Assembly (NCBI GenBank): GCA_964187785.1
Contig: OZ076420.1
Location: 45,136,001 to 45,200,000, forward strand
Direction: 5' to 3'
Source of the DNA: Amphiscolops sp. MND2022
Lineage: Eukaryota
DNA: 64,000 nt
Position numbers and translations under genes: made by a program. Each line of letters starts with the position of its first letter. The stretch's first letter is position 1. Under the pieces are notes generated by a model. That model did not search any database and was not told where the DNA came from. It saw only the letters and a program-made list of their open reading frames with translations. Shown here piece after piece: positions 47,901 through 59,900 of the stretch.

Positions 47901-50900
47901 TAAAAAATGAAAAGAGGACCCAATATGAACGCGAAATCCATTTGAATGGTTTTTTCACCGGCATTAATTTAGGCATTGGGTACGAAATGATCACTTCGAC
48001 CGGTTTGAAAAACAATACAAGCCACTATATTGAGCAAGTGTACATTCCGAACAAGAACTGAAAAATTGCTTCTTTTTCGGAAAAATAAATTGATTCTTTT
48101 TCGAAACGTACCCTCACTGAAGATGCAACATCAAAATTTCAACTTCGTCAGAATTATAAGATTTCCTATCATTCTTCATAAAAACAAATTGCTAGTCTCA
48201 GATTTCCATAAAATATTTTTTCAGCAGCGTTTTCCTTTCATTAAAAATTGACATCGAAAATGTCTGAAACTGACGGAAGCTAGACGAAATAAAGGCGTGA
48301 ACTGTTTTTTTACAAACTTTGAAAAACTCCGACACGCGAAGTAAATCGAAAAAAGCGTTATATTTTGTTTAGTTAAGTCTCGGTGTTTCGGCAATTATTT
48401 ATAATTTTGGAGTCATTCTAGCGGAAAAGTTGGAATTTTTCATGAAGTGACATTTGTTTTGTAGCTTTTCTTTCAGATGTTTTTTCTTGTTTTGTAAATA
48501 ATTAATTAGTTGGATTCACATTTTAGAGATTGCGCGGAAGCTATATTGAAGAGGATCAAAGGAATATCAGATTAAGATGGTGTTTCGTTTCATCTTTCCT
48601 TAATGGCGCCATGTATAATACCAATTCAGCCAAGCGATGACAAAGAAAGTCTCGTTTTTCTTTTTCATGTCGTAAAAATGGCACCAAAAGTCCGCCCAAC
48701 AGGACTGTTGGAACTGAACGGCATTTACTTGGATGTAATTTTTCCACTGTTTTTTTACCTTCTCTCACTTCGAAATTGATTTTTTTCAGACGTGAAATTG
48801 TTTTGATTAGTTGTAGAAATGCGATTGGTTTTATAAACAGTATACATATAGTCACTTTTGTCGCAATAAACTTAGTTTTTGATTCCACTCAGGATGAAGA
48901 AAATGAAAAAATCGAAAAGAAAATACCATTTTTAAAGGATTCATTGAACCACGATATGATATTATGCATTAAATGCAAAATCTTTTATGAGTTTCTTTGA
49001 AACACTTCAGTTAGCTGAAGATTAGTGCTGCGAAATGCTTGTTTTTGAGACTTCGTTTTTGTTGACGTCTTTGTACCGATTGTTACTTTTTGTATTTCGG
49101 TTGGTTTTCGTACTGCAGCAAAGAAGAAAATTCCGATATTTTTTCCAAATGAGCTGATGTTTTTTGTTGCCGGAATTGCCTCGAGAAAAGTAAATTATCA
49201 CCAAATTTTCCAAGCGGAAATTGGGAATTACATGTAAAAAGATTCGGGTTTCACTTTGGAACTTCTAACAACGTCCTCAGTTATGGGCCGTGTGATTATT
49301 TTTGGAAACAAATACTATCAGCATATCAGCACATTCGCGAGATTTTAAGACATGTTTGCGTTTTTAATTTGGGCAAAAATGTTGCATGGAACATTTCAAA
49401 ATTTAAAATACCGGTTATTTTAGGTATTTTTGTCGTAAAATCAGAAAAAAATTTTAGAAAGAAACTTTTACCTCCAACAAAGAATCGCTTCTGAATATTT
49501 TTTTATCCAACAAGAGAGATACTAGACATCTAAAATAGACCCCTTGCGCATCTAAGGCGCGTCCTTTAGAAGATGGCTGTATAGTGTGATCTAGGTTGTC
49601 ATTTTTTTTCAGTTGATTTTTCCAGTTTCTCAACTTTCGCATTACCGCTGTCAGTGTTTTAGACGACAGGTTTACTTGCTACAAACAAAATTAGTAACAT
49701 TGGCCAAAAGTTGCTCAATAAAAAGACATTTTCATTCTAGTTTTGGAATAAGAATGTACTGTTTTGTCAATTTCAATGTTGAAGTTTTTAGAGCAAATTC
49801 ATCGAGCTGAAAATGCTTCGACTCTTAGGTTTATCTTCCCGGTATAAAAATTCACGCTTCTTGTTGGTTTGTTCAGAATTTCTACTGCTGTTTCCTTTTT
49901 GACTGGCAAACGTTGAATGTACAGTAGTGGGCAATATGATTCGCATTCTCGATTTTGAAAGATGTTTTGGACAAATGCTTTGGTAAATACTCAAAAATCA
50001 CTGAGACTTTAAAAAAACTTCGAACGAAAGTTTCGTGGAATTTCATCTTGTTTACATTTCATCAAAAATTCCTACGATCAAGATTAATTTCCAACGAGAT
50101 GAGCATAGTTAATGTATTAAAATGATCTTACAATTTCATTACTTCCAGGTAATAACTCCAACTTAAATTTTCACAATTTGACGTTTGTCTGGATACTCAC
50201 CACCCATTTATCACAATCCAAGATTTCCAGTTTCTTGATGATCGCGAAAGTAAACGAAAACAACATTTTTGATAGAATTGTTTACTTTTACATCTATAAA
50301 GTATGGGTATGAAAATCTTCCAATGAAGATTATTGATTAATGCTATAAATGCAAATGAAATAAGGGTGTCAAACCTCATGATGAGAATTAGTGAATATGG
50401 GGCTTCCACCAGGGATGGCAGTATTTCACGGAAAAATATCTGAAATTACACGCTCAATTTCACGGACTTTACTTGATTACACGGCTATTTCACGGAGAAA
50501 TAAAACAGAAATGGTCATGAAAATTCACAACTTTCCGGTGTTAAAATATAACAAGCCGGGACCGGCCCAAGTCGGCGCCATATCTAAGGCTCAAAATAGC
50601 AAAAGGACTTCAAAATGTCAAAGTATTGGTGAATTGGCGACCCCCCTTTTATGAACTTTTTTGAAAAAAAGTATCACAGTGCCGAAAAACTGAAAGGGGG
50701 GATCCTTTGGGGTTTTTCAACATCAGAATTGTCGCAAAACATCAAAAAATTGCAGAAATTTTTTTTATTTCCTGGAAAAAATGTCACAATGCCGAAAAAA
50801 CCTGAAAGGGGGGACCCTTTGGGATTTTTCAACATCCATTCTGTAGCAAAACATCAAAAAAATGCAGGGGGGACCCTTTGGGGAAAAAATTCCGAAAAAA

Positions 50901-53900
50901 ATGTCTCGCAGTGCCGAAAAAAAATTGAAAGGGGGGACCCTTTGATGTTGCCCGGTATGGTATGTTACGCGGAAAAACAGGGAAAACCTTTTTGGTCCAG
51001 TTCACTAGGCCAAATGGTGCAATTTGACACCATAATATTTGGTAGAACTTTTCAGAACTATTTTGGTCAGTTCATGTGGATAGAAATAAAAGAGTCACTA
51101 TAATAGTCGCGTTTCACTTCATGAAGAGCCGACTAAAAACCACTTTGGTTCTAAATTTTTTTCACCAAAAGATCGTCTGTCGTCTGACAGAACATTGCTG
51201 AAGTGCGAAATCGCTCGCTCAACATTCGCCGAAGCTCCTTCCAAGAAAGCATACTTCTCACAAATACTGTTTAGGGTTGACATTGAAGTTTGGTGTGCCG
51301 GACAGAAGTCCGTAACATCTTGAATCTCATTTTCAATGTTCTTTATTTCAAATTCATTCCCATTCAAGTTTGTTTCGAAACTTCTTGATTTTTGACAGTA
51401 GTATAAAATTTCTGCGGCTGGCACTTCTTCCAGAGATTTAACCAGGAAATTCCGAGAAACCTAAAACTTTCACGCGATAGAAAAACTCAATTTCTCCAGA
51501 AAAATTGACCAATTACGCGACTAATCAAACTAGTTGATCAATCACACGCAGCGCGTAACCAATCAAACAATTACTCGCAAGTTACACGGAGTTTCTCAAA
51601 TGTTGCAAATGTTGGAGTAGTTTGAAGCACTCTAAACAATAAAAGGTTTCCCGGGTCGACCCTCCATGGATATCTTAGTAAGATCTTGGCAAGATCTTGC
51701 CAAGATCTTGGAAAAATTTTAGCTAAGATCATGCCAAGATATTGGCAAGAATTGCAAGATGTCATGGTAAGATCTTATCAAGAGAGCCATGTTTCCAAGA
51801 AAACTTCTATTGTAAAATCCTATTTGGAAAAAAATCTGAGAGGAAGTCAACAAAAATCAACATTTCTGCAGATTTATATTGTTAGACATTAAAAATTCTG
51901 TTAGCAATGTATAAAATTTGGTTGAAGAGATATTTATTTAGGAGGACTGGTTAAATTGTTCTTTCAATTGCAAAACTGTCGCCAACAACGGCGTCAGTAA
52001 AGCCTTGAGCTGAAACATTACCTAAATTAATGCAATGACCGCCGTTTCTAGCAGAAATAAGGCTGCTGAAACAGGCTCAAAGAAATGCTGGAAATATGAT
52101 TACTACAAAAATTCCCGGATATTAAAGTCTTTCCTTTGTAACTTTCCGATAGTGGGTCTGGACGTTTGAGAGCATATTTCTCCGTCTCTGGAATCGACAG
52201 GAGTGATAAATTACAAGTTTTGGAAAGCCCTTGAAATGGCCTTTCATTTGGTACATTCGCATTTCTCAGTCTTAAACAGATGAGGACTTATTAGGATTCT
52301 CGTCAAAATTTCGGAAGCCACAATACGTTATCGTAATTTTTCACGCATTTTTGCATGCAAAATTTTTTCAGCAGGTTTGAGCATTTTGATTATGAAAACG
52401 AGTAAAAATAGTCGTTGTTGGGTGAAATGAGCCTTTAGATTGAGTCTCGGCTGCTTGTACCGAAGGTATAGTGTTTTTTTATAATCGTAAAATTTTGTCC
52501 CTCGTGATAAGATACAATCTTGGATAAGTATTATCTTAGTAAGATCTTAATAAGAATCTTGCCATGGGATCCATGGCTGCCAAGATGTAGTAAGAATTTG
52601 GCAAGATCTTGCCAAGACAGCCAAGATGCTAGTAAGAGGGGTTGATATCGAACGCACCTACTATTTTATTACATGAAAAGCTGTTTTTTAGAAATAAATG
52701 TGATTTTGATCGTAGAAGTTTGCGAAAAATTATTTGTACTCAAGAAACTTTCTATTTTATGGTTTTCTCGAATACTCGGTAGTTTTGAGTATTTGAACCT
52801 AATTGAATTGAAGAAGTTATAAAATTATTTTTCAAATATAGACAATCAGATTGAAAGTTTTATAGGCCTTTCGGAATGGTTTATATACTCACTTGTATCG
52901 AATAGAAGAGTGATTTATTAGTTTATTTCTTAGGAATTTTGCCATTGCCGGGGTATTAATAGATTGGATGAAAAAATATACGTATTAAACAATTCTAAGG
53001 CTTGCACGCCCTAATTTTCATCACATGCATTCAAGTAAATTGTTTTTTTGGCTCTTTTGAGAAAAATTGTTGTTTTGACTGTTTTTTTTTAATTTCGAAC
53101 ATATATTTTTTTATGTCAACAAATGTTTCCGAAATCAAAGCGAACCACTCAAAATGTATTTCTTTACGACCTGAACTCAGATGTTTTACGATTGGTTTTC
53201 CTGTTCATGATTGATGATCATTAATTTTTGTCGAAAGCATAAATCATAAATAGCAAGGTAATTGGTTATAAAAACTAATCATTTCCAGATTACGAAGGGG
53301 AGGTTTGAACTGAGAATGAGTCTGTTATGAGTATTTGACATCTCGGTACTATGGTAAAAACTAATTTTGGTGCCCTTAAGTTTTTCAAGGTTAATTTTTG
53401 AAGTGAAAGGGTGGGATTTTCGTTGTCTTGAAGGGAGGCGAGTATCGAGGAAACCCCCACCTTTTGAAAACTGAATTATTATGTAATAAATTCATCTAAA
53501 ATGATTTTGTCACTTTCTAAAACCTTCTTTTTTTACTTTATATTAAGGACTGCGCATACATACATATAATCAGCAACTAATTCATGCTAATTTTGCCATT
53601 TTTGCGTGTGTAGGAAAAAGGAAAAGTTCCGGTCGTTTGATACCATGTAGCTATTAAATCACGGGAGCTTCGCCATGACCATGGTAACTTCATGGCAAAA
53701 GTGGCCAGTCTTATTCCACATATCTGGCTGAATGTTCCAGAACATCCAACACTGTCTACATTACGCACGCGTCAAAATTTGCTAGTATTTGTAAACTTCA
53801 AGTATTTCATTTTTCTTCCAGGCAACTGTCTGATAATTTGGGCCGTGGTCGTGAGTGGCGGTCTTCAGAAACCTGTGTACTGGCTGTTCGGGGGACTGAG

Positions 53901-56900
53901 TTCCAGCTCCATAGTTCTGGTTGTCAGCCAGTCTCTGGTTCTCATTCCCCAGACTCTGGTCACTGTGGAACAGACCTGGATTCTGGGAGAGTTCTCCTGC
54001 TACCTGATTAACGTATTGTCAACAATCTCCACTGTATCCAGCACCATGTTCATTCTACTCATCGCTTTCGAGAGGTACGACAATTGATTTTTTTCATTTT
54101 CATTATTTTTACTTTGCAGTCTTATGAAGTTTCAAAAGCCTAATTAAGTAGTGATATTTCCATGGGGCGAGATCCCAGGTGCTTCCATGCATGATCCATG
54201 TTACCATTCTCTTTTATTCATTTACAATTTTACAATTGCCCCTCAACCCATCAACCCCCCCCCACACTCGTTGAGAAAAAAAACAAATTAACCTCCAAGC
54301 AATTTCAGATGAAAACACGTAATTAACTAGTCGACAAACAGCATTCCATGAGAACCGAATAGTAGGAATATTTACAGACGCTTAACTCTCAATGCCGGTT
54401 GGGTATTTACCAAAAGTAGCTGCTAGCAAAAAACATTTTTTGATTGCTTTTGCAGGTAAAAGCATTTATATGCTAAACTGAATGTAAACATCGTCATTTC
54501 TTGATATATTTTCATTCGCGTCATTTCGCAATTTTTGTTTGTCAATTAAATTTCTGAGACTATTTTGTCTGCGCTATTTTTAAACTAATTCTGTTCGCTG
54601 AATTTTTCAACAGTTCAATGAATTTTTTTTTTGCAATTTTCTACAGCTAACGGAATTTTTGCAATGGAAAGTTAGTTTTAGTTGCTGTTACTTTTAACTC
54701 AGAGTTTCATCTGGAATAACCGACCGAAACAAAAGGGAGGAGCTTCATTAAATATATTTCGGTGATCGGAAATAGGCTAAAACATTGACTGCAAAATATT
54801 GCAGTGCCACTGGGATTCTTGGTCAAATCTTTATCGTAAGCACAGTTTTTTGAGGAGACAACTTAGGCATTTATTTCCGGACTTTTCGTTGAGTAAACAG
54901 ATGACTCATAGCTCACGCTCCATTCACGCGATTCTAACTGATTAGTCATGGTAAAAACACTGACAGCGAATGTTTGAGCCCAAATCTTTCATAACATAAA
55001 AAAGTCTCGCTAAAATTGCCCACCCGTGGAATCAATTCCAATGGAATCCAAGCTTAGAATAAATTCTCCGTTTTTTCTCTAGCAAAATCTGTTCTCCGTT
55101 CCAGCGGTTGAGTAATTTTCCATGGATTTTTCCTCAGATTTCCCCATTTTCACCATCTGGTATTTCTGATGGACAGTAAATTGCCATCTGTATCAATTAT
55201 TTGACTTTCTAACATCTTTCAACGATATCGGACGGACCATTCAAAGTTTGCTAATTATTTGCTCCCGAATTTTTCAACTATTCTGTTTGAGAAGCAATCG
55301 TTCGCTTTTAAAAAACTCAAATTTTTGCTGATTCAGCAGTTCTAATAAATAGGTCGACCTAACTTTCAGTTTCTCATTCATACTCTATGACCGATTTTAG
55401 TTTCTTGATTCACTTCAAATATAAGAATCCTTTTGATTTATCATTTGAAAACACTTCGTGGAAAAAGTGAATTGATTTTATGACTTGGCAAATATCTCAA
55501 AAAAAAGAATCAAAGCTCTTTGAAGAAGAACTAATGAAAATTCAAAGCGAAGTTAATGGAAACGAATCGGACGAATTCCTTCGAACAGTGGGAAATTGAA
55601 GCGGGACTTTCTTGGAATTGATTTCGGCGTCTTTTTATAGATTCCAATCAACGAACACGACAAGAATGAAACAATTTTGAAAAATTCAAAGCATGGAAGC
55701 TCTGAAAACATCACTTAAATGTATTAGTCATAAAAATGTTTGTTTTCCCAGCAAATTAGTAGACAAAATATCAAAATGGATTATATTTTTGCGAGCTATT
55801 TTTGTTCCATTCAACAATTAATTCCTTCTGTAGGTTTTTGACTGCTGAACAAAATATACAATTGAAACATAAACGTGAAATACCTGTCACTTAGCTGTCA
55901 GAAAACATGACTGACGTGAACACAAATTGATTTCACAGTTGTACAACATGCTTGACACCTTTGTGTTAAGATCTACCCTTATTGAATTGCACGGAAGGTG
56001 TCTCAATTAAACGTGAACGGAGGATTACGTAATATTGGCGCCGGGCAAGCGTTGGCGGAAAATTCCTGATAAGATAAACATCGTAATAAACAAGAGCATT
56101 TTCATCGGGGCTTGATTTATAGCAGAATTAGACGCAATAAAAGGGCGATAACTCATGTTTTATCACATGGAAATTGTATATTGAAACCCAAATTATGTGA
56201 AAATACGCAATTCACAATGGTTTATGCAGATATTTGCCTTTCGACATGAAAACAATTGTATTGCCGGCTTATAATGCTGCAACCCTAGTTGAAAAAGTTC
56301 ACATTTTTTGCAAATTTTTCTTACAAATAATTTGTATACAATCTTATAAGATCTTATAAAATCTTGATCCTGAAAAAAATGCATGATTTGAGACTGACTC
56401 TTTCAAGATTCTTGAGATAAGATTTGCAAATTCTAGTTGACAATGATACAAAAATGCATGAATTTTACGAAACTCTTACAAAATTTGCATCGCTCGATAT
56501 ATGTAATTATGAAAAAAGTCGGTGCCAGCATTGAGGTTCACCTGTTCGAATTTTTTAGTGTTTGGAAAATATTTTTTATTGGATCTATAACAGGAATTGG
56601 AGATTCGATAAGCTAAGGGGTAAAAGTCTTGTCTGTATTTTGTATATCCTGGAGTTTGGTTAGGGGGGCTTTGTTAGGGTGAAAACAAAAACGTGTCGTA
56701 GATACATTTTGGTTATGTATTTTTCAATCTCTCTACCCATTTCTCATGAAATTGTGCAGTTCTTCAACTTTTTTGGTTTTACGAAAATTGAATAAACCAA
56801 AAATGGACTCTTTGTTGCAAGTGTGCTTCTTTTCACTTATCTGTCATCTGCATTCCGTTGGAAGGAAGCGTAGACAAAACTCATTGAGACAAATGTACAT

Positions 56901-59900
56901 GCACTTATAGGTCATTGTGCTAGATAAGAAGTATAAATACTAAAACCTTCTCTGCTTTGTTCTTATAAAACAACAACAACAACTGTAGAAGCAGCAAACT
57001 GGTGCACGTGCCAGTTATGACGTCACGGGATAACGGTGGCATATGCCATCATGGCGCAATATGGGAGAAAGCAAACAAGCATAATTTACGACTGCCTGTC
57101 TTTTATTCCACATTTGCGTCACATATTTCCCATTTCTAGCATTTGTATGTAGCTCCAGGGTCCTTTTAATACCACCGACAATGTAGGATTGAGTCGCCTT
57201 CTAGGGTTTTGGCGGTAAAATTGAGAACAATGGCTTTATCACATTTATATTTAGAAAATCAACGATTGTGTTTTTTGTTCAGGATTGAATGATTTTTAAT
57301 GCAAATAAATGTGAGCAGACAAAAACATTGATTGAACATCGATGTTTCAGACACCTCGCAAGGATTTAGAGGAAAATGGCGCCACTGGTGTAGGATTGGA
57401 CCTGCCAGAGAATTTCGTCGAACAGTTTTAAATATAATAGCCAAATGATTGGTATTTCGATTACACAGAAACTTGTTTGTTACGACACCATAGAAAAAAA
57501 CTATTTAAAAATCTAGATTCTTAAAAATGGCTCGAAAAACGACAAACCAAAGCTTTCCTCCAATTTCAAAGGGCACTAGTTAACGCGGTTCCAAAATGTT
57601 GTAAGCTTCCTTATTTTAAGCTGCTTTTTTTCGAATTACAAATTTTGGGCTCTGTAAGAAAATACAAACAAGACGGGAACGTCTAAAGTCGGCGCTATAT
57701 CTAAGGCTCAAAAAGCCCCCCTTGGAGACAAAAAAATTTTTCGAAAAAAACGAAAAATGAGAATTTTGGAACAGTCCCATAGTGCCGAAAATCTTTAAAT
57801 CTTAAAAGGGGAGACCCTTTGGGCTTTTTCAAACTTCAGTTTGCTGCAAAATATCAAAAAAATTTGAAGGGGGACCCTTTGAAGGCAAAAAAATCGAAAA
57901 AAGTCGCACAGTGCCGAAAAAAAAAATGAAAGATTTTTTCAGTCTTGGTTGAAAGACCCTTCAGTCTCGTCTGCTTTCGCAAATGTTCGAAAACGTTTCT
58001 GGCTAAAGCAGGGACTCGAACCCGTGACCGCTGGGTTCCCGTAAACCTATTAAAGTCTTTACTAAAAAGTACATGCACGACGAGAACTGTGGTTTGACGA
58101 AAAAGAGAAAAAAACTAGTCACTGTAATAGTCGGGCACTTTTCACTAGAAAAGCGCCGACTAAAAACACTGTTGTCATGCCAAAAATTCTCAAAATGAAC
58201 GGCCCATCAATTACATTACAGTGCACAGGCAAGCTATTTTGCTGCTTGTCGTGGAATCCGGGACACGAAAATTGAGCAATGTCGTGGAATCCAGGACAAA
58301 ATTTACCTTTGATGTTGAGCGTGTCTTGGATTCCACGACAGTGCTTGTCCTGGATTCCACGCCAACACTGCTGCTGTAATGACACTTTTGCCGCTGCTCT
58401 CTCATTGGTCCGCTGATTTTGAGTATGTAATCATTTTTGGAAAGGTAAAAGAACTTGAATTAAATCAATTTTATATCAAAGGAAATTGTTTTGTTTGACA
58501 CGAAAAATCCCAAAGTACGAATAGAGATACTCGTGACTGGTACCAAAATTGAAGCATGTCATCAAATAATGGCAGATTGTGATGATCTGGTAGTTTCTCC
58601 AAAACTGGTACTAAAATGAAAAATACAAAAATTTTGTGTGATATTGGTGTGATTGTCTGATTCATTTTGAATTAATATACGAAAAGTAGTGCATAATATC
58701 ATGTTTGTTCAGTCATCCACTTGAATTTAATTCAAACAAGAAATGCCGCGTATCGCGTCAAGCATAAAGTCGTGGAATCCAGGAAATTTACGATTTCTAC
58801 AATCTGATTGGTTCATTTCGGAAAACTTACGTTTTTGTGGAATCCGGGACACCGGTGCATGCCGACAGTTCGTACAGCTAAGCATATGTTACTGGAATCC
58901 ACGACAAAATCCGTGGAATCCACGACAAATGACGTAATTTGCCAATTTTGCACGGTTAAAGGTATGGTCGTGGAATCCGAGGTATTGAAAGCACAAAATT
59001 GTGCTTTGAGCAAATTTAGCTTGCCTGTGCACTGTAATGTACTGCTTTTGTTTTCGAAAATTTTAAAATATGTCGTCACTAAAACAATTAAAGAAAAGTT
59101 TAATGTTTGCAGTTTTTCCTGCAAAAACTACGGTTTTACCATGGTAAAAACATTCACTTTTGCAGAAAACCTTTTTCAAAATGAATAAATAGTCCTGAAG
59201 AATAGTGTTCACATTGAAAATGCTTCATTATTAATGAAGAACGTTTCTAGGCTTTGATGATGTTGCAGCAATGTGGTATATTCCTTTTTGTCGCATTAAC
59301 AAAACAAAAATTTTAAGAAATTCATTAAATCACCCAAAAATTTTTTTAAATGAAGTTTCGTTACGCGAGAACATGAGAGAATAATAATTTGCAATGAATT
59401 AAAAGTCTTCTGCAGTAACATTTGTTTTTTCTTAAAAAATCAATTTAGAGATTCTCTTTACTTTTGGGATGTGTGACAAAAAAAACAATTTTTCAACCTT
59501 TCACTTTTCTTGGAAAAGAAAGTTTCAGTGAACTTTGCAAACGACTCAAAATTTGGTTTAACTACTGCTGAGTTCCTTCCCAATATCCAATAATTTGCAG
59601 AGTTCATAATTTCCCAGAAACCAGTACCCCGTATTTTTCCCTGGATTCATTAGATAAAAGGCAGCGAAAGCATTTACGCGAATGAATGTTTCATTAATAT
59701 TTTATAAAACTGATACAAACCTATTCTCAGAAGTTTTCATGCTGCTTTCAAGGGTATGAATTGGAAGTATACGCATTATTGCATTTCTCGAGGCTGTTTC
59801 TTCGAGGCTCGAACCAATTTTCGGGTAAATAAATTATCATTGCAACAACCTTTTTCAAATCCTCGAGGCATATACAATTGTATGCCTACCTCAATTATTT

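Noticed and set aside
50651-51103. Recurrent ORF family (also 7117..7406, 8629..9019, 11321..11881, 46461..46964) with shared peptides such as MVCYAEKQGKPFWSS
   Set aside because: These are translations of the non-coding HINE-like repeat; frames differ between copies.
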